A stretch of 64,000 nt of DNA from the NCBI GenBank assembly GCA_951406725.2, contig OX597818.1:133238001-133302000 (forward strand), given 5' to 3'. The position numbers and the translations under genes are program-made. This document shows, piece by piece, positions 39,071-52,108 of this stretch (its first letter is position 1; the number at the start of each line of letters is the position of its first letter). Source of the stretch: Octopus vulgaris (lineage: Eukaryota). The notes below the pieces were generated by a model. The model ran no database searches and was not told the DNA's origin. It worked only from the letters and a program-made list of their open reading frames with translations.

Positions 39071-40022
39071 CTGCATAGTTTGTAATTAATTTCAACTTCA
39101 ATTCAATTTTTCAAATAAAGTTGTTGATTTAGTAATTCCAAAAGAAACTTTACAGTTATTTATGTAACTTTATAAATGTTACATATATGCAAATTTAAGA
39201 GAAATCTTTGGAATACTGTGTTTTATATGTAGGTCTTTTTAAAAATAAATATAAAAGCTACATAGCAGTGTTTTTACTTTTGACATGTTTTAAGAAAACA
39301 AAGCCACTAGAAATTATCATTAAAAAGTTACCTTCATAATAAAGTATTACTTTATATCTAAAGGTCAATAACATGAGGCTGACACAAGAAATTATCATGC
39401 CAACTAGGATAAACAATTCATGAAATGTTTACCTCATACATCAAACAATTAACAACACACTAATAAATATTTGATAAATAGAGAAAGATTGCACTTTAAT
39501 AAATAGTGAGGCATTTTCTTGCTCAAAGTAGGATTTTCATTTGGGTGTTCAGTACATTGGACAAAAGAAATACTAATTCAAAAATTTCAAGGAAAAAATA
39601 AATCTGGTGTCAGTGAGACTGCATGAGTGACCAAGTTGCAGTTATGGCATCAAAAACTTTGGTACTAAATAGTAAGTGTTGAAGTTAACAGCTTTTGTGT
39701 GATTTTGAATGGCTAATTTGTGTCTTCCGTGTTGTAATTTACATATATACATATGGACATGTATACATCCATGAATGCTTGTATGTATGTGTGTATGTAT
39801 GCATGTGTGTATGTACTTATGTATGTAAAGTTATATTTGAATGCGAACTGATATACACAGCTATATATGCTTATGCACAAAAATTATTGGAAAATAGATA
39901 TCACACATTAATACAGAGGCTTTATTAACTGATGATTAACCCCTTGCAGGTGGATTTAGTACTGACAGTCTGTGTTGTGTATCAGTATTAGGCCATTCAG
40001 TAACTACATAATTTTTCATATA

Positions 40023-40440
40023 AGGTGCAGGAGTGGCTGTGTTGTAAGTAGCTTGCTAACCAGCCACATGGTTCTGGGTTCAGTCCCACTGCGTGGCATC
40101 TTGGGCAAGTGTCTTCTGCTATAGCCCCGGGCCGACCAATGCCTTGTGAGTGGATTTGGTAGACAGAAACTGAAAGAAGCCTGTCGTATATATGTATATA
40201 TATGTGTATGTGTGTGTATGTGTTTGTGTGTCTGTGTTTGTTCCCCTAGCATTGCGTGACAACCGATGCTGGTGTGTTTACGTCCCCGTCACTTAGCGGT
40301 TTGGCAAAAGAGACTGATAGAATAAGTATTGGGCTTACAAAGAATAAGTCCCGGGGCCGATATGCTTGGCTAAAGGTGGTGCTCCAGCATGGCCACAGTC
40401 AAATGACTGAAACAAGTAAAAGAGTGAAAGAGTAAGAGTA
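40023..40440 (+). mobile_element. tRNA-derived SINE family A
   Basis: Family consensus. Confidence 0.9.
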
Positions 40441-41109
40441 TAAGGAATTTTACAGTGTACTTCCAGATTCTTCTCAGTGTAGTATATTTGAAAACACACT
40501 TCTGCACAGTGTGAAACATCACACTGCTCACACACACACACACACACAGTGTTTCGATGTGGTCAGTACTGCTTTCCAACTGCAAGAGGTTAATTAAATC
40601 TCCATAAAAAAATGTAAGAAGAAAATTACAGGTCCTGAGACACAAGTTAAAATTTATTGTATTTCTGAGCAAGACACTTTTTAATCTATGTCTTCAGTGC
40701 ACTTAGGTATCAGAAAATTTTATAAGACTTTTTTTTCTGTTAAGTGTTGATAACCAGCATTGTCCTTATAGATGAGAGATTTATCTCTCATCTATTTAAG
40801 ACTATAAAAACCAGAACTGCTGAGAAAAGATTGCTGAATGATTAGCAGTTTTGTTTTTTGTTTGTTTTTTTTTTTCTTTTGGTTTTTTTTTTTTCCATAT
40901 TATACACCACAACAATATCCAATTTTTCTTGTTTCTTATGTGCCTTTCAGAAAATTTTAACAAAAAAGTATTACAGTTTTGTTTAATATGCCAGATTTCC
41001 TATGCAATAAATATATTGTGTGCTTTTATGAGAGTATGAAAAGTAAAATATACAGAAACAAATTCCTAAGCAAAGGTAGATATACCTGTATAGGTGCACA
41101 AGTGCTTGC

Positions 41110-41500
41110 ACACACACACACTTAATGTATACTTATGTATACATATTTTATATGTATGTGTGTGTGTATAAGTAATCACATGCATATATACTTGTGTATG
41201 TACACACGTACACACACCCACTTGAGGTATGCATACATATAGTATACGTGTGTGTGTGTGTGAGTGTATGTGTAAGTAATTATACGCATATATATATATA
41301 TATATATATTGTTTATATATGCACACATAAACACATATACATATGTGCATGCTTATACGTACACATGTTTATACACTCATGCACACATATACACATACAC
41401 ACATGTACATACATATTTTCATGTGTGCATGTGTGTGTACATGTGCATGTGTGTGTGCATATATGTATGTGCATGTGTGTGTACATGTGCATGTGTGTAT
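41110..41500. repeat. Alternating purine-pyrimidine (TA/CA/TG) low-complexity tract
   Basis: Directly visible. Confidence 0.9.
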
Positions 41501-42512
41501 GTAGAATGAAAGAAAAGGAGAGACAGATATGCCTACATTCTTACATGCATGTGTGAGGAGAGTTATAAAATTCTTAATATGAGAAAGCTGTAAGCTATGA
41601 ATTTTTGTTTATGAAACATTCTTCACAAGAAGCAACAGAGTTACAGTATAATCAATCAGTAATTATCTATTAAAGAAATCCCAAGAAAACAAAAAAAGAC
41701 AAATAAAAATCAAGCACATTTCTTTTTTTTATTTCTTCTTTTTCTTGCTTGTCATTGTTTTCTTGCTTGTCTTTTCTTAAAAGTTAAATAAGTTGCATTA
41801 TATATATATAAACTATGTATAAATATAAAAAGTAATCTTTTCAACTGAAGAATGTAAGAATCATAAATTACAGATTAAAAAAGAAATGAAAAGGATGTTT
41901 CAAAAAGGTCATGGGCAAAAAAAACTAAAAAGAAAAACAAAAGATTAATTCCACAAATCATCTTTGCAAACCCATACAAATTTAGCAATGTATCAATAAT
42001 GATTAGTATGTTATGGCTATTGACAAATTAATAAATTCAAAAATCTAATTTTACTTATTAATTAATGAAAATAGTCTTCAAAAAATAATGCATTCTCTGA
42101 GTTTTTTCTTCCCTGCTAACAAAGCCAATTTTTATTATGAAAAATTAAAAGGATGCCCCAGCAATCAAAGGAAGTCCACACAATAAGGCATCATTCTGTT
42201 TTATTGTGGCTAAATATTGGTTTTAGTTTGTCTGACAATGATTTTGAGGAGTTCTTGTAAGTTCAAATAAAGTTTGCTTTTTTTATGTTGTTTTTTAAAG
42301 GTTATTCTATTTTATATTCAATAGATTTTATATTGTTTTGTTTTGTTTTTTTTTTCTTTATTTTCTAATGACAAGGAGTTACAGGTAGTGAATAGAACAG
42401 ATTAAACTCACTGCCAAGACCCTGTGAAACCTGTTATAGTTAGCCTAACAGGCATGGGAACCATTTCCTGTTAAAAGAAACAGCATGATACAAAGCTGTC
42501 CTTCTGTTTGCT

Positions 42513-42741
42513 TTAACCCTTTTGTAACCAAATCTCTGTTGAAATTCATTACCTTTGTTTCAATCGATTTTGAAAAGAATGAAGAATTTAGTAAAATAAT
42601 TTTGTCATTATAAACCTAGTGTTTGAAGCATAAATAAATGTAAAATATTGATGGAAGATTTTAATTTAGATCACTTTAAATAGGAAGCTTGTATCATAAA
42701 ACCTCAATCAGTCTTAGGCAAGTTGGTATCAAAAGGGCTGA
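42513..42741. mobile_element. piggyBac-type MITE family 2
   Basis: TTAA-CCCTTTTG ... CAAAAGGG; reverse-oriented relatives at 8913-9546 (split by a SINE), 49283-49512 and 63254-63850 (split by a SINE). Confidence 0.65.
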
Positions 42742-43317
42742 AAATGAAGCTCCACTGATCAGTATACACTAAAAGATCTATATATTTTTCCTTTTTGTCA
42801 ATAGCCCAGCTCTCCAAGGAACCTTACCTTTAATAATAAAAACTCTAATTGTCTCTGATCCTAATGGGAAAATAATTTTGTAATTAGTTGCCATTTCACA
42901 GTTAGTGATTGTCAACATCAGGACCGACCTTTTCCATGCTAATTGTGGCATGGATAATTCTAGCTTTTCATTGATGTTATTAATATTGTCCAAATATTTT
43001 TTTATTTATAATCAGAAATCAAGTGAAGCCGTGGCTGAGTGGTCAAGAAATTTGCTTTCTAACAATGTGGTTTCAGGTTCAATCCCACTGCATGGCATCT
43101 TGAGCAAGTATTTTCTACTATAGCACTGAACCAACCAATGTTTCATGCACCTATGAATCTCTTTTGCCAAACTACTAAATTATGGGGATGTAAACAAACT
43201 AATACAGGTTGCCAAGCATTGCAAGGGACATGCAAAATCACATGCACACAAACACATACATATATATATATATGTATGTGTTTGTATACATACATAATAC
43301 ATATATATATATATATA

Positions 43318-43578
43318 CTCTTGACTCCATTGGTCACGAATGACCTAAGAGGTTCATCTCCAGGGTACAAGTTTGGGCAGAAAGTTGACTCACTGGTGAA
43401 CACACAACCTAGGGTTGTTTTTATGGAAGACCAGCAATCACCTATGCATACCAGCCTCCCCTCTCCCCACCACCAATGTTATCCAAGGGAAAGGCAAAGG
43501 CTTGGCACCAGTGATGTCACAACTCATTTCTACAACTGAGTGAACTGGAGCAAGATGAAATAAAGTGTTTTGCTCAAA
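43318..43578 (-). mobile_element. SINE family E fragment
   Basis: Reverse complement of 6420-6555/6845-6955 (ggttgtttttatggaagaccagc, ctcatttctacaactgagtgaactggagc). Confidence 0.65.
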
Positions 43579-44317
43579 ATAGCTAATCTGCTTTATGTTC
43601 AAACTGACCAGATCCAGGCTCTCACACCTACCCTACAATGTTATTCTACATTAATTACACCATCAAGATCTTGAAGATATGAGATAATGCATGATTAATT
43701 CAAATCAATGGGAATCAATAGGCATTATGTTTGATAGAATAATCAGAACACTAAAAGGTTAAATTTGTTTTACACAAAAATAAGTAGCGGGTTGTCATAC
43801 ACGAGAGTGCATCTTCTACACCAGCAAATATGGTATTCTTTTAAAGTGTTTTGCAGCCAGGTTCAAGAATCGAACTCACAACCTCATGATCATAAGCTTG
43901 ATGCTCTAACCACATTTTAACAGAATGTGATGACTGCTTATATGATGAAAGGAACTCTGGCAAGTAATTTTTAAAAAAATAAACTGTTAATAGATATGTC
44001 AAAAGCAGTTTATAGAAAGACAAAGAGGAGAAAGAAAGAAATTAGCAGGAAACTAATAGTGGAGAAATATAGAGTGATAGGCGAATAGGGATAAAGCCTA
44101 AAGGTGTGAAAATAGATATACCTAGTGGAAATGAAATATAAAAAGACAGTTAAAGGTCAAGTTCTATAGCTTGGTAGAAATTATTTATAGGAACTAAAGG
44201 TATGTTTTTGCCAATGCTTGCAACAATAAACACATTCTTTAAATGTGTTTACAAGAGGATTCTCTGAGAACAGGATGAAATACAGTCCATCATTACAGAG
44301 CGAACAAAAATATTTAC

Positions 44318-44378
44318 CTTTATCATAGGGAAAGGACCTAGATAAAATTCTCTTCATTATATATGCCATCATCAGATT
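44318..44378 (-). pseudogene. Candidate exon
   Basis: tttttaacag acceptor and AAAG|gtaaat donor. Confidence 0.4.
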
Positions 44379-44734
44379 CTGTTAAAAATGTCTTATTGAC
44401 ATGTTTGGTTTCTTTTTTTTTTCCCTGATGAGAAGATCATGTTGTTTTACATCATTTTATTGCTTCTGGAATAATACCAATGTTTTCTTCAAAACATTTG
44501 ACAGAAGTATAAAGATTTGAATAACACCTGTGCTTAACTCCATTTATTTATTTATCAATGTTATACAAAAACACTTCACTTAACCCTGGAATTTCTACCT
44601 TTATATGTAGGCGGTTACACCCTTGATAATCATGTGAATTTTTGCTACCCTGGTAACTATTTATTTATTTTTTCCATGTTATTTGTACACATTGAAAAAT
44701 ACACTCACACACACACAAACATATATATATATGT

Positions 44735-44780
<46 letters not shown>

Positions 44781-44962
44781 TTTATGAAAGAATGGAGTTG
44801 AACGACTTGTTCTAGTCTATGCCCTAGGGATGTAACTTCAACTGTGTTCTTTCTGATGTGAATTTGCTACCCAGGTATCGGTTATCCTTCGAATTATCCT
44901 TAATAAGATAATTCATTCAACTACTCAAATATATATATATATATACATACACACTCATACAT

Positions 44963-45002
<40 letters not shown>

Positions 45003-45310
45003 TATATATATACATACACACTCATACATGCACACACACACACAGACACACACACACATATATATATATTATATATATATATATACATACACACTCATAC
45101 ATGCACACACACACACATACATACACACAAACAAACACACACACACACACATATATATATATACATAAGCATATATATTGTTTTCATATTTCGCTTAGGC
45201 ATTGCAAGACTAATATTCTGGTGTAGACATCAGCATATATATGCTTCACAATGAACTGTTAGACAAGTAGAGAGTGGTAATAAGAAAATGAGATGACAAA
45301 GAAAAAAATG

Positions 45311-45451
45311 ATGATTATGTTATGGACTTCATTAGCTTACAGCTGTAAGCTCTGATGAAGCTATAAGGTGTTATTCAGGCACTCAACTATGAATCCACTG
45401 TAGCTTATAGCAGAAACAGCAGCAAGCTAATGAAGTCCATAACATAATCAT
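45311..45451 (+). ncRNA. Hammerhead ribozyme closed by a 36-bp inverted repeat (type III-like topology)
   Basis: CTGATGA 45352-45358, 8-bp helix II GCTATAAG/CTTATAGC, GAAA 45413-45416; arms 45311-45346 and 45416-45451 pair with 2 mismatches. Confidence 0.75.
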
Positions 45452-45488
45452 TTTTTCCTTTGCCACCCCATTTTCTTATACACACACA

Positions 45489-45796
45489 CACTATCCGACT
45501 CGTGGCCGATGCCAGCGCTGCCTCGACTGGCTTCCATGCTGGTGGCACGTAAATTGCACCAATCCAACCGTGGCCGTTGCCAGCATTGCCTGGCACCTGT
45601 GCGGGTGGCACGTAAAAAGCACCCACTACACTCACGGAGTGGTTGGCATTAGGAAGGGCATCCAGCTGTAGAAACATTGCCAGATAAGACTGGAGCCTGG
45701 TGCAGCCTTCTGGCTTCCCAGATCCCCGGTCGAACCGTCCAACCCATGCTAGCATGGAGAACGGACGTTAAACGATGATGATGATGATGATGATGA
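45489..45796 (+). mobile_element. SINE family B
   Basis: Family consensus, (GAT)n tail. Confidence 0.85.
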
Positions 45797-46454
45797 CACA
45801 CACATATATTTATATTTTATGTAGTTGACAATCATGGCCAGTTAGAAAGCTGCCATTGATTTCACAACTATCACTGTACATAGAAAAATAGGCAACTCAT
45901 CAGATATGCTGACCACAGCCGTTTTTTAGCTATAGATGTAAAAATACAGTCTTGGTCAGCTTGATGGTGAAAAAAATTCTTGAAATGAAACTTTTAGAAA
46001 GTGAAAACCCCTTCTGAGAGAGACAGAGTTACATCCCTTTGAACGGTTCCAGTTGTGCCCTGAAAGGCATAAGTTTATGTAGGTTGCCCATTCATTAGTC
46101 AACAAGTGGGGAAAAACCCACATTTCCAACACGAATTTTCTATCATGATGACACCAACCTAAAATTTCACTTCTTCAAATAAAGAAGGATCTTGCCCTGT
46201 TGGTCAAGCAACGTTTGCATCATAATGAAACAGTTGCAGCATGGAAGACACAAGCTGATCATTCAGAAACACACAAAGATCATTGATATCACTTAAACAT
46301 TTATTATTTGCAATATACTGTTTAAATGATGGTAACAGTTTTGTATGTTTCTAAATGGCTAACCTGTGTCTTCCATCCTGCAATTATTTTAGTATCAGCA
46401 CAGGATTTCAGATGAAAACACATGCCATGCAAGTACACCTCTGTAATATGTAAT

Positions 46455-46455
46455 G

Positions 46456-46508
<53 letters not shown>

Positions 46509-46598
46509 TATGTATATATAGGTAGGTAGGTAGGTAGGTATATCTACACATATATACACACACACACATAAATAAATGCCTATCTATCAATCTATCAA

Positions 46599-46638
<40 letters not shown>

Positions 46639-46710
46639 TCTATCTACCTACCTACCTACCTACCTACCTACATACCTATCTATCTATCTATATATATATA
46701 TATATATAAC
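46455..46710. repeat. Compound (TA)(GA)(TAGG)(CTGT)(CTAT)(CCTA) microsatellite
   Basis: Directly visible. Confidence 0.95.
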
Positions 46711-47618
46711 GTATAAACAAGAGCAAAAGAAAAATTTTTTATATGCCAATATGCTGAGAACAGACTTTAAATCGTCAATTTCCATATTTCATTTTACATT
46801 CACTATAAATCGTAAATTTCCATATATATATATATATATACACACACATATATGCACATATGACAGGTTTATAGATTTCCATTATTATTATTACCATTAT
46901 ATACTTGCCTATCATATAAATCACAACCATTTATCAATTTTCTTTATACCTTAACTTTAAACAAAAACCATTTAAAAATTTTACAATAGATTTAAGCCTC
47001 ATTTTCCTATTTGTTTCACTAATATTTATATGTGATAAAATCAGCAAAAATCAAACTTAAAGCCAAGCAAGATGAGATAATATCTTTTGATATCATGTGT
47101 AATAACTATGTAAATTTAATCCTATACACACTTCTATGTCTTCCCTTGGATGGCTACAACCAAATTTTTATAATTTAGATTTAATTAATAACCAGTAGAA
47201 TTATAACCGATATATCTATAGTCAGATTGTGACCTACAATTTAAAAAAATTAATACTTTGTCGCATTTTATCAATCTAAATAATTAATATAGTAAATTAA
47301 TTTTTTAAAAACAGCTAATCTTTTACTGAATGCCAAGAATCATGGGACTGAATTTTCTTTAATTTCCATAATATGAAGCAAATGAGGCATATAAAAGTGT
47401 AATAGGCCAGCTGGATTGAACTCAGTACCTCAAAATAACAAGATGCTCACTATTTCTATAGTTCTGTCACTGGTAACACTAGTGAATTATGGTATTTACT
47501 AAAAATAGCTGTTGAATTAAATGTGTTGTGACTCCATATTTAATGAAATATGCAAAAGGTTCCCATCATAATTTTATAACCAGAAGTAGTCACAAATGAA
47601 TTGGTGTTGAAACCAAAC

Positions 47619-47722
47619 CTGTTTTAAGTGGCTTCATTGTAGATGCGATGCAGTAGCGGAACAAGAACTGTTGAATCTTTTGCTGGTTGTCCAGTACCAT
47701 TCCTAAGCCAACCTACTGAGAT
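47619..47722 (-). pseudogene. Candidate exon
   Basis: cttgttttag acceptor, CAG|gtttgg donor, higher GC than flanks. Confidence 0.4.
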
Positions 47723-48746
47723 CTAAAACAAGTAATTCTACAGGTCACATCTACTGAAATGAATTTATTGCAGACTAACCTACGACCAAAAGGCAAATAC
47801 ATGTTTAAATTTTGAAATGAAGTAAATAGGTGGTTTGTACAAAGGTTACAAATACTCTTTGAAGAAGTGAGAATAAAAACATGAGAATCTGTTTCATTTT
47901 TGTTTTAAGTTTGATAAATATCACTTTCCTGCATTTTTACTAATATTACTTTGTGGGAACTAAGTCAATGTGTTGTGCAGAAGTAAGATACATTCAGGTA
48001 AACAATTCTGAAAATACATCAAAACATCTATTTGGAAAATGTTTACTGGGAAAGAAAAGCTTTTAAAAGTAAGTAGTATGTACAATAAGAGTTGCATGTC
48101 ATTGATTTATACCCCTTCAGCAGTTTAACCATAGTAAAATAAATGTTGCAATTCTTTCACTATTGACAGCAGGGATTAAACAGAAAAGCATTAAAATTAT
48201 CTGAGAAATCTAAATTTAACAACAACATGTATTCTGATCTCATATACATTTACACACAAAGAAAAATAGATTCATGAGCAACTTTTATACATATTTTGAA
48301 AATAAAGCTTTTAAGTGTAACCTCTGCAGGAATTGGTTTCTGACAGACCCCCAACAGTCATGAATAATCCCAACTGAAATTACAAAATTGAGCATTTATC
48401 TTTTTTTTTTTTAACATTATAATCTGTGATATGAATACTTAGCTTCCATTACATTTTATAGATATTTTATTAAACTAAAGTCAAAATCAGTAAATGTAAT
48501 ATTAAACAGGTGAAAGACAGGGGTGAGAATATAGTATGATGTACACAAAATTAATTCCACATGAAATACTCTGATCCCAACAAGAAATGGACCCAACAAT
48601 TGCAAAAGTTTTACAACCTCATTCCACACATTAAAAAAATGGTATTATCATCACATATTTCATTTTTCCCTCCATATTTCATAACTTATTTTATTAAGCA
48701 ACAGAAATCTATGATCACCTAGCAGTTTTGTAAAGTAGTATAAATA

Positions 48747-49160
48747 GGCGCAGGAGTGGCTGTGTGGTAAGTAGCTTGCTAACCAACCACATGGTTCCGG
48801 GTTCAGTCCCACTGTGTGGCATCTTGGGCAAGTGTCTTCTGCTATAGCCCCGGGCCAACCTTGTGAGTGGATTTGGTAGATGGAAACTGAAAGAAGCCTG
48901 TCGTATATATGTATATATATATATATGTGTGTGTATATGTGTTTGTGTGTCTGTCTTTGTCCTCCTAGCATTGCTTGACAACCGATGCTGGTGTGTTTAC
49001 GTCCCCGTCACTTAGCAGTTCAGCAAAAGAGACCGATAGAATAAGTACTGGGCTTACAAAGAATAAGTCCCGGGGTCGATTTGCTCGACTAAAGGCGGTG
49101 CTCCAGCATGGCCACAGTCAAATGACTGAAATAAGTAAAAGAGTAAAAGAGTAAAAGAGT
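48747..49160 (+). mobile_element. tRNA-derived SINE family A (young, full length)
   Basis: ggcgcaggagtggctgtgtgg head, (aaaagagt)n tail. Confidence 0.9.
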
Positions 49161-49282
49161 AGTATGCAAGTATGATAAGTAGTTTAATGAACTACAGCTG
49201 TTGCTGTAGTTGTTTAGCACCATGTCAGCTCTGGTTGAGTAGACCTATGATCAAAAATCTCCCAATTAACTTGCTTTGTTCA

Positions 49283-49512
49283 TTCACCCTTTTATTACCA
49301 ACCCAGCTGAAACCCGGCTCTGGCTCTGTAGTACAAATGTCTTGTTTTCATAAGTTTTGAATTAAAATCTTCCACCAAACCTTAGTCACAATTTATGTTC
49401 CTAACACTAGCTTAATGATAACTAAGTTATTCTACTAAATTCTTTGTTATATCTAAAATAATTGAGAGAAACACTGAGGATCTCAAAATAAATACAGTAA
49501 CGAAAGAGTTAA
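49283..49512. mobile_element. piggyBac-type MITE family 2 copy
   Basis: CCCTTTT start, aattaaaatcttcca..aagttattctactaaattctt body, ends gagttaa. Confidence 0.6.
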
Positions 49513-50445
49513 GGACTAATATTCTGTTGTGTCTTTTCCTTTTTAATTAAGACAGTAAAGTATGATTTGAAGGATATTTGACTGCTCTTTCTAATAGGTT
49601 GAACAGCTGTGTAGAGGTTTCCTCATTGGCTCCTATAATAGTCTCTAACAATAAACACGAGTTAACAGCAGAAATGGTTGACTGAATAAAGCACCAGATT
49701 AAAGGCATTAGATATTTAAATTACCGGAGTCAATAAAATATGTACCAGAAATATTCTAAAATCTATTAACTTGTTTAAATCCTTCTCTATAAAAATTAGC
49801 CTTTTGTCTTATTAAGAAACCAAAATTAATTTATTTGGAAAGACGATAATGAATAACTAAACAATAAACATAATATAATGATGTATCATCGAAATTGTGG
49901 TTACAAGTATTGTATTTAAATTAACAAATGAAATTGAGAATGATATGTTGTACATTGAAATACCATGGTAACCTGGATCCATATCAGTTCTAAGGAGCTA
50001 GTCTTGCAAAGGACAAACAAGAAAATATTTATATTAAACTAAAGTTAAGGAAGCTGGAATAAATATAGCAAAATTAGATTTCACTGAGAAAAATTTTTAA
50101 TTTATATTAAGTTTTGTTTCATATTTTTATGGGAAATTATCAACAGAAACCTATTTAAATGTAGTATAAGAACAAATTATTGCCAAAAGCAGCCACATTC
50201 TCAAATTCTATAAGAAACAAATGACATCTAATTGAAAACAGAAAATAGACTTTCGTAATAGTTATAAGATTTCTTTTGATTAGCTTGAAGATAAATGACG
50301 ATTCTTTTTTTCTTCATTATAATTCTTATGCATACACATGCCTATCATAATTCCATTTTGACAATCTAGCAACCAAACTATCCTGAGAAGTTTTAATGTT
50401 TCTTGATTCCTTTCCTTTTTTTGTTCAATCCTTGTTAATATTCAA

Positions 50446-51441
50446 ATTATTCATTTTAACATTATATCCCACATTTTACTCCCTACTTATCTCAAGTAAT
50501 ACAAAAAGCTTAATTTCTAGTTCTGCTATTTCTCCATTTTCCCATAATTTTCTTTAATGTCTATGGATAAATATCAGTTTATAATGCTCTTTCATGTAAA
50601 CAATTTGTAAGCGCTTTATAATCATGTAATGTCTTTCTTTGCTGTAGAAAAAGAAGAAAAAAACTATAGTGAGAAAACAACTCTTGTGGTTTTCTTTAAA
50701 GAACTTTAAGCATATTTACACAACAAATTGTCTAATATTTTCTCTTGAATAGGCATGACAAATAGCATAGTTAATTTTCTAAAACCATTTTAAAGTAAAC
50801 CTTTAATATGTAGAAGAAATAACAAGGATTTATCATTAATTTAAAGAAATGATTGAGTTCTAAATGTTATGTTGTAAGGTCTCTTGACAAATTTGTGCAT
50901 TTTGCTGAATTCGTGTAATTACTAATTTTTCAAAATGACAATGAAATCTACCAGAAATGTAGAAATGGTCTAAATGTTTATATCTTTCTTTCTATACACC
51001 ATAGATTGAATTTGCCTACAAAAAATAACTTAACATTATATTATGTTTGATGTGTATACATATATATATTCAAAATGTGACCGCGTGTGTACCGTTGGCA
51101 ATTTTTTTCCTCCATCTTCTGTTCTCTGGATCTTTCCTTCTCCTATGTTTCCGACGAAGAGCTCCACTCGAAACGTTAAACCCTCCTGCTTTCCTCCTTT
51201 CCTGAGTGTCCAATAATACTATATTTGTTCCACGTTCCCGTGTTGTTGTGTTTTTTTTTTGTACTTTCATGTTTGGATTAACTATTGTTTACATGAAAGA
51301 GCATTATAACTGATATTTATCCATAGACATTAAAGAAAATTATAGGAAAATGGAGAAATAGCAGAACTAGAAATTAAGCTTTTTGTATTACTTGAGATAA
51401 GTAGGGAGTAAAATGTGGGATATAATGTTAAAATGAATAAT
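50446..51441. repeat. 158-bp inverted duplication (50446-50604 vs 51284-51441)
   Basis: Reverse-complement identity with about two differences. Confidence 0.9.
51147..51181 (+). ncRNA. Minimal hammerhead-like motif with variant core CCGACGA
   Basis: GTTT-CCGACGA-A-GAG-CTCCA-CTC-GAAA-CG-TT-AAAC. Confidence 0.6.
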
Positions 51442-51482
51442 ATATATTCATTGTTAAACCTCGTTAAGATAAATATTTCAAT

Positions 51483-51545
51483 CACCTGAAGATTGATTGT
51501 AACTCGAATTTTTACGAATTGGACAGCCATGAAACGATTGTAGTG
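51483..51545 (+). ncRNA. Type I hammerhead ribozyme motif
   Basis: CAC-CTGAAGA-TTGATTGT..ACAGCCAT-GAAA-CGATTG-TA-GTG; helix III derived from palindrome CGATCG. Confidence 0.75.
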
Positions 51546-51765
51546 TTATACTCATTATCTTTCTTTAATAACTTTGATATATATTTAAAATAATATAAAT
51601 TAATTAATCTTATGTATTGGCTTAAGTTTTTTATTGTATGATTTGCCTAATAGTGGTTTTATCTCTAATTTAATATAATATAATATTTTACTATAAAATT
51701 AGATTCAATCCTAAATCTGATTTTTCCCTGTAAGTTTGGATTTATTCCGTAATATTTTATTATTA

Positions 51766-51803
<38 letters not shown>

Positions 51804-52056
51804 GCTGGATCTCACTCATAAGGGAACCTTACATTGCTTATAAACTCTATATTTGGATGGACTTATTTTAAACTCTGCTGGACTTTTGGACTTTATTCAT
51901 AGGATATTGGAATATTGCATATATACCATTATGCCTAAAAAATGGATTTACAACTTCAATACCCATACATGTCTTGCATCTATTTTTTTTCCTCCACCTC
52001 ACTCTCTATTTTGTATCACATCTAAACTAACTATGACTTAACTATCCTCTCACACC

Positions 52057-52108
52057 GTCTCTGATGAAGGGGTATAATTAATAAATATCCTAGAAACAGC
52101 TGTAAGAC
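52057..52108 (+). ncRNA. Type I hammerhead ribozyme (Penelope/retrozyme-type), intact core
   Basis: GTCT-CTGATGA-A-GGGGTAT..ATATCCT-A-GAAA-CAGCTG-TA-AGAC: helix I GUCU/AGAC, 7-bp helix II, palindromic helix III CAGCUG, GUA cleavage triplet. Confidence 0.85.
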
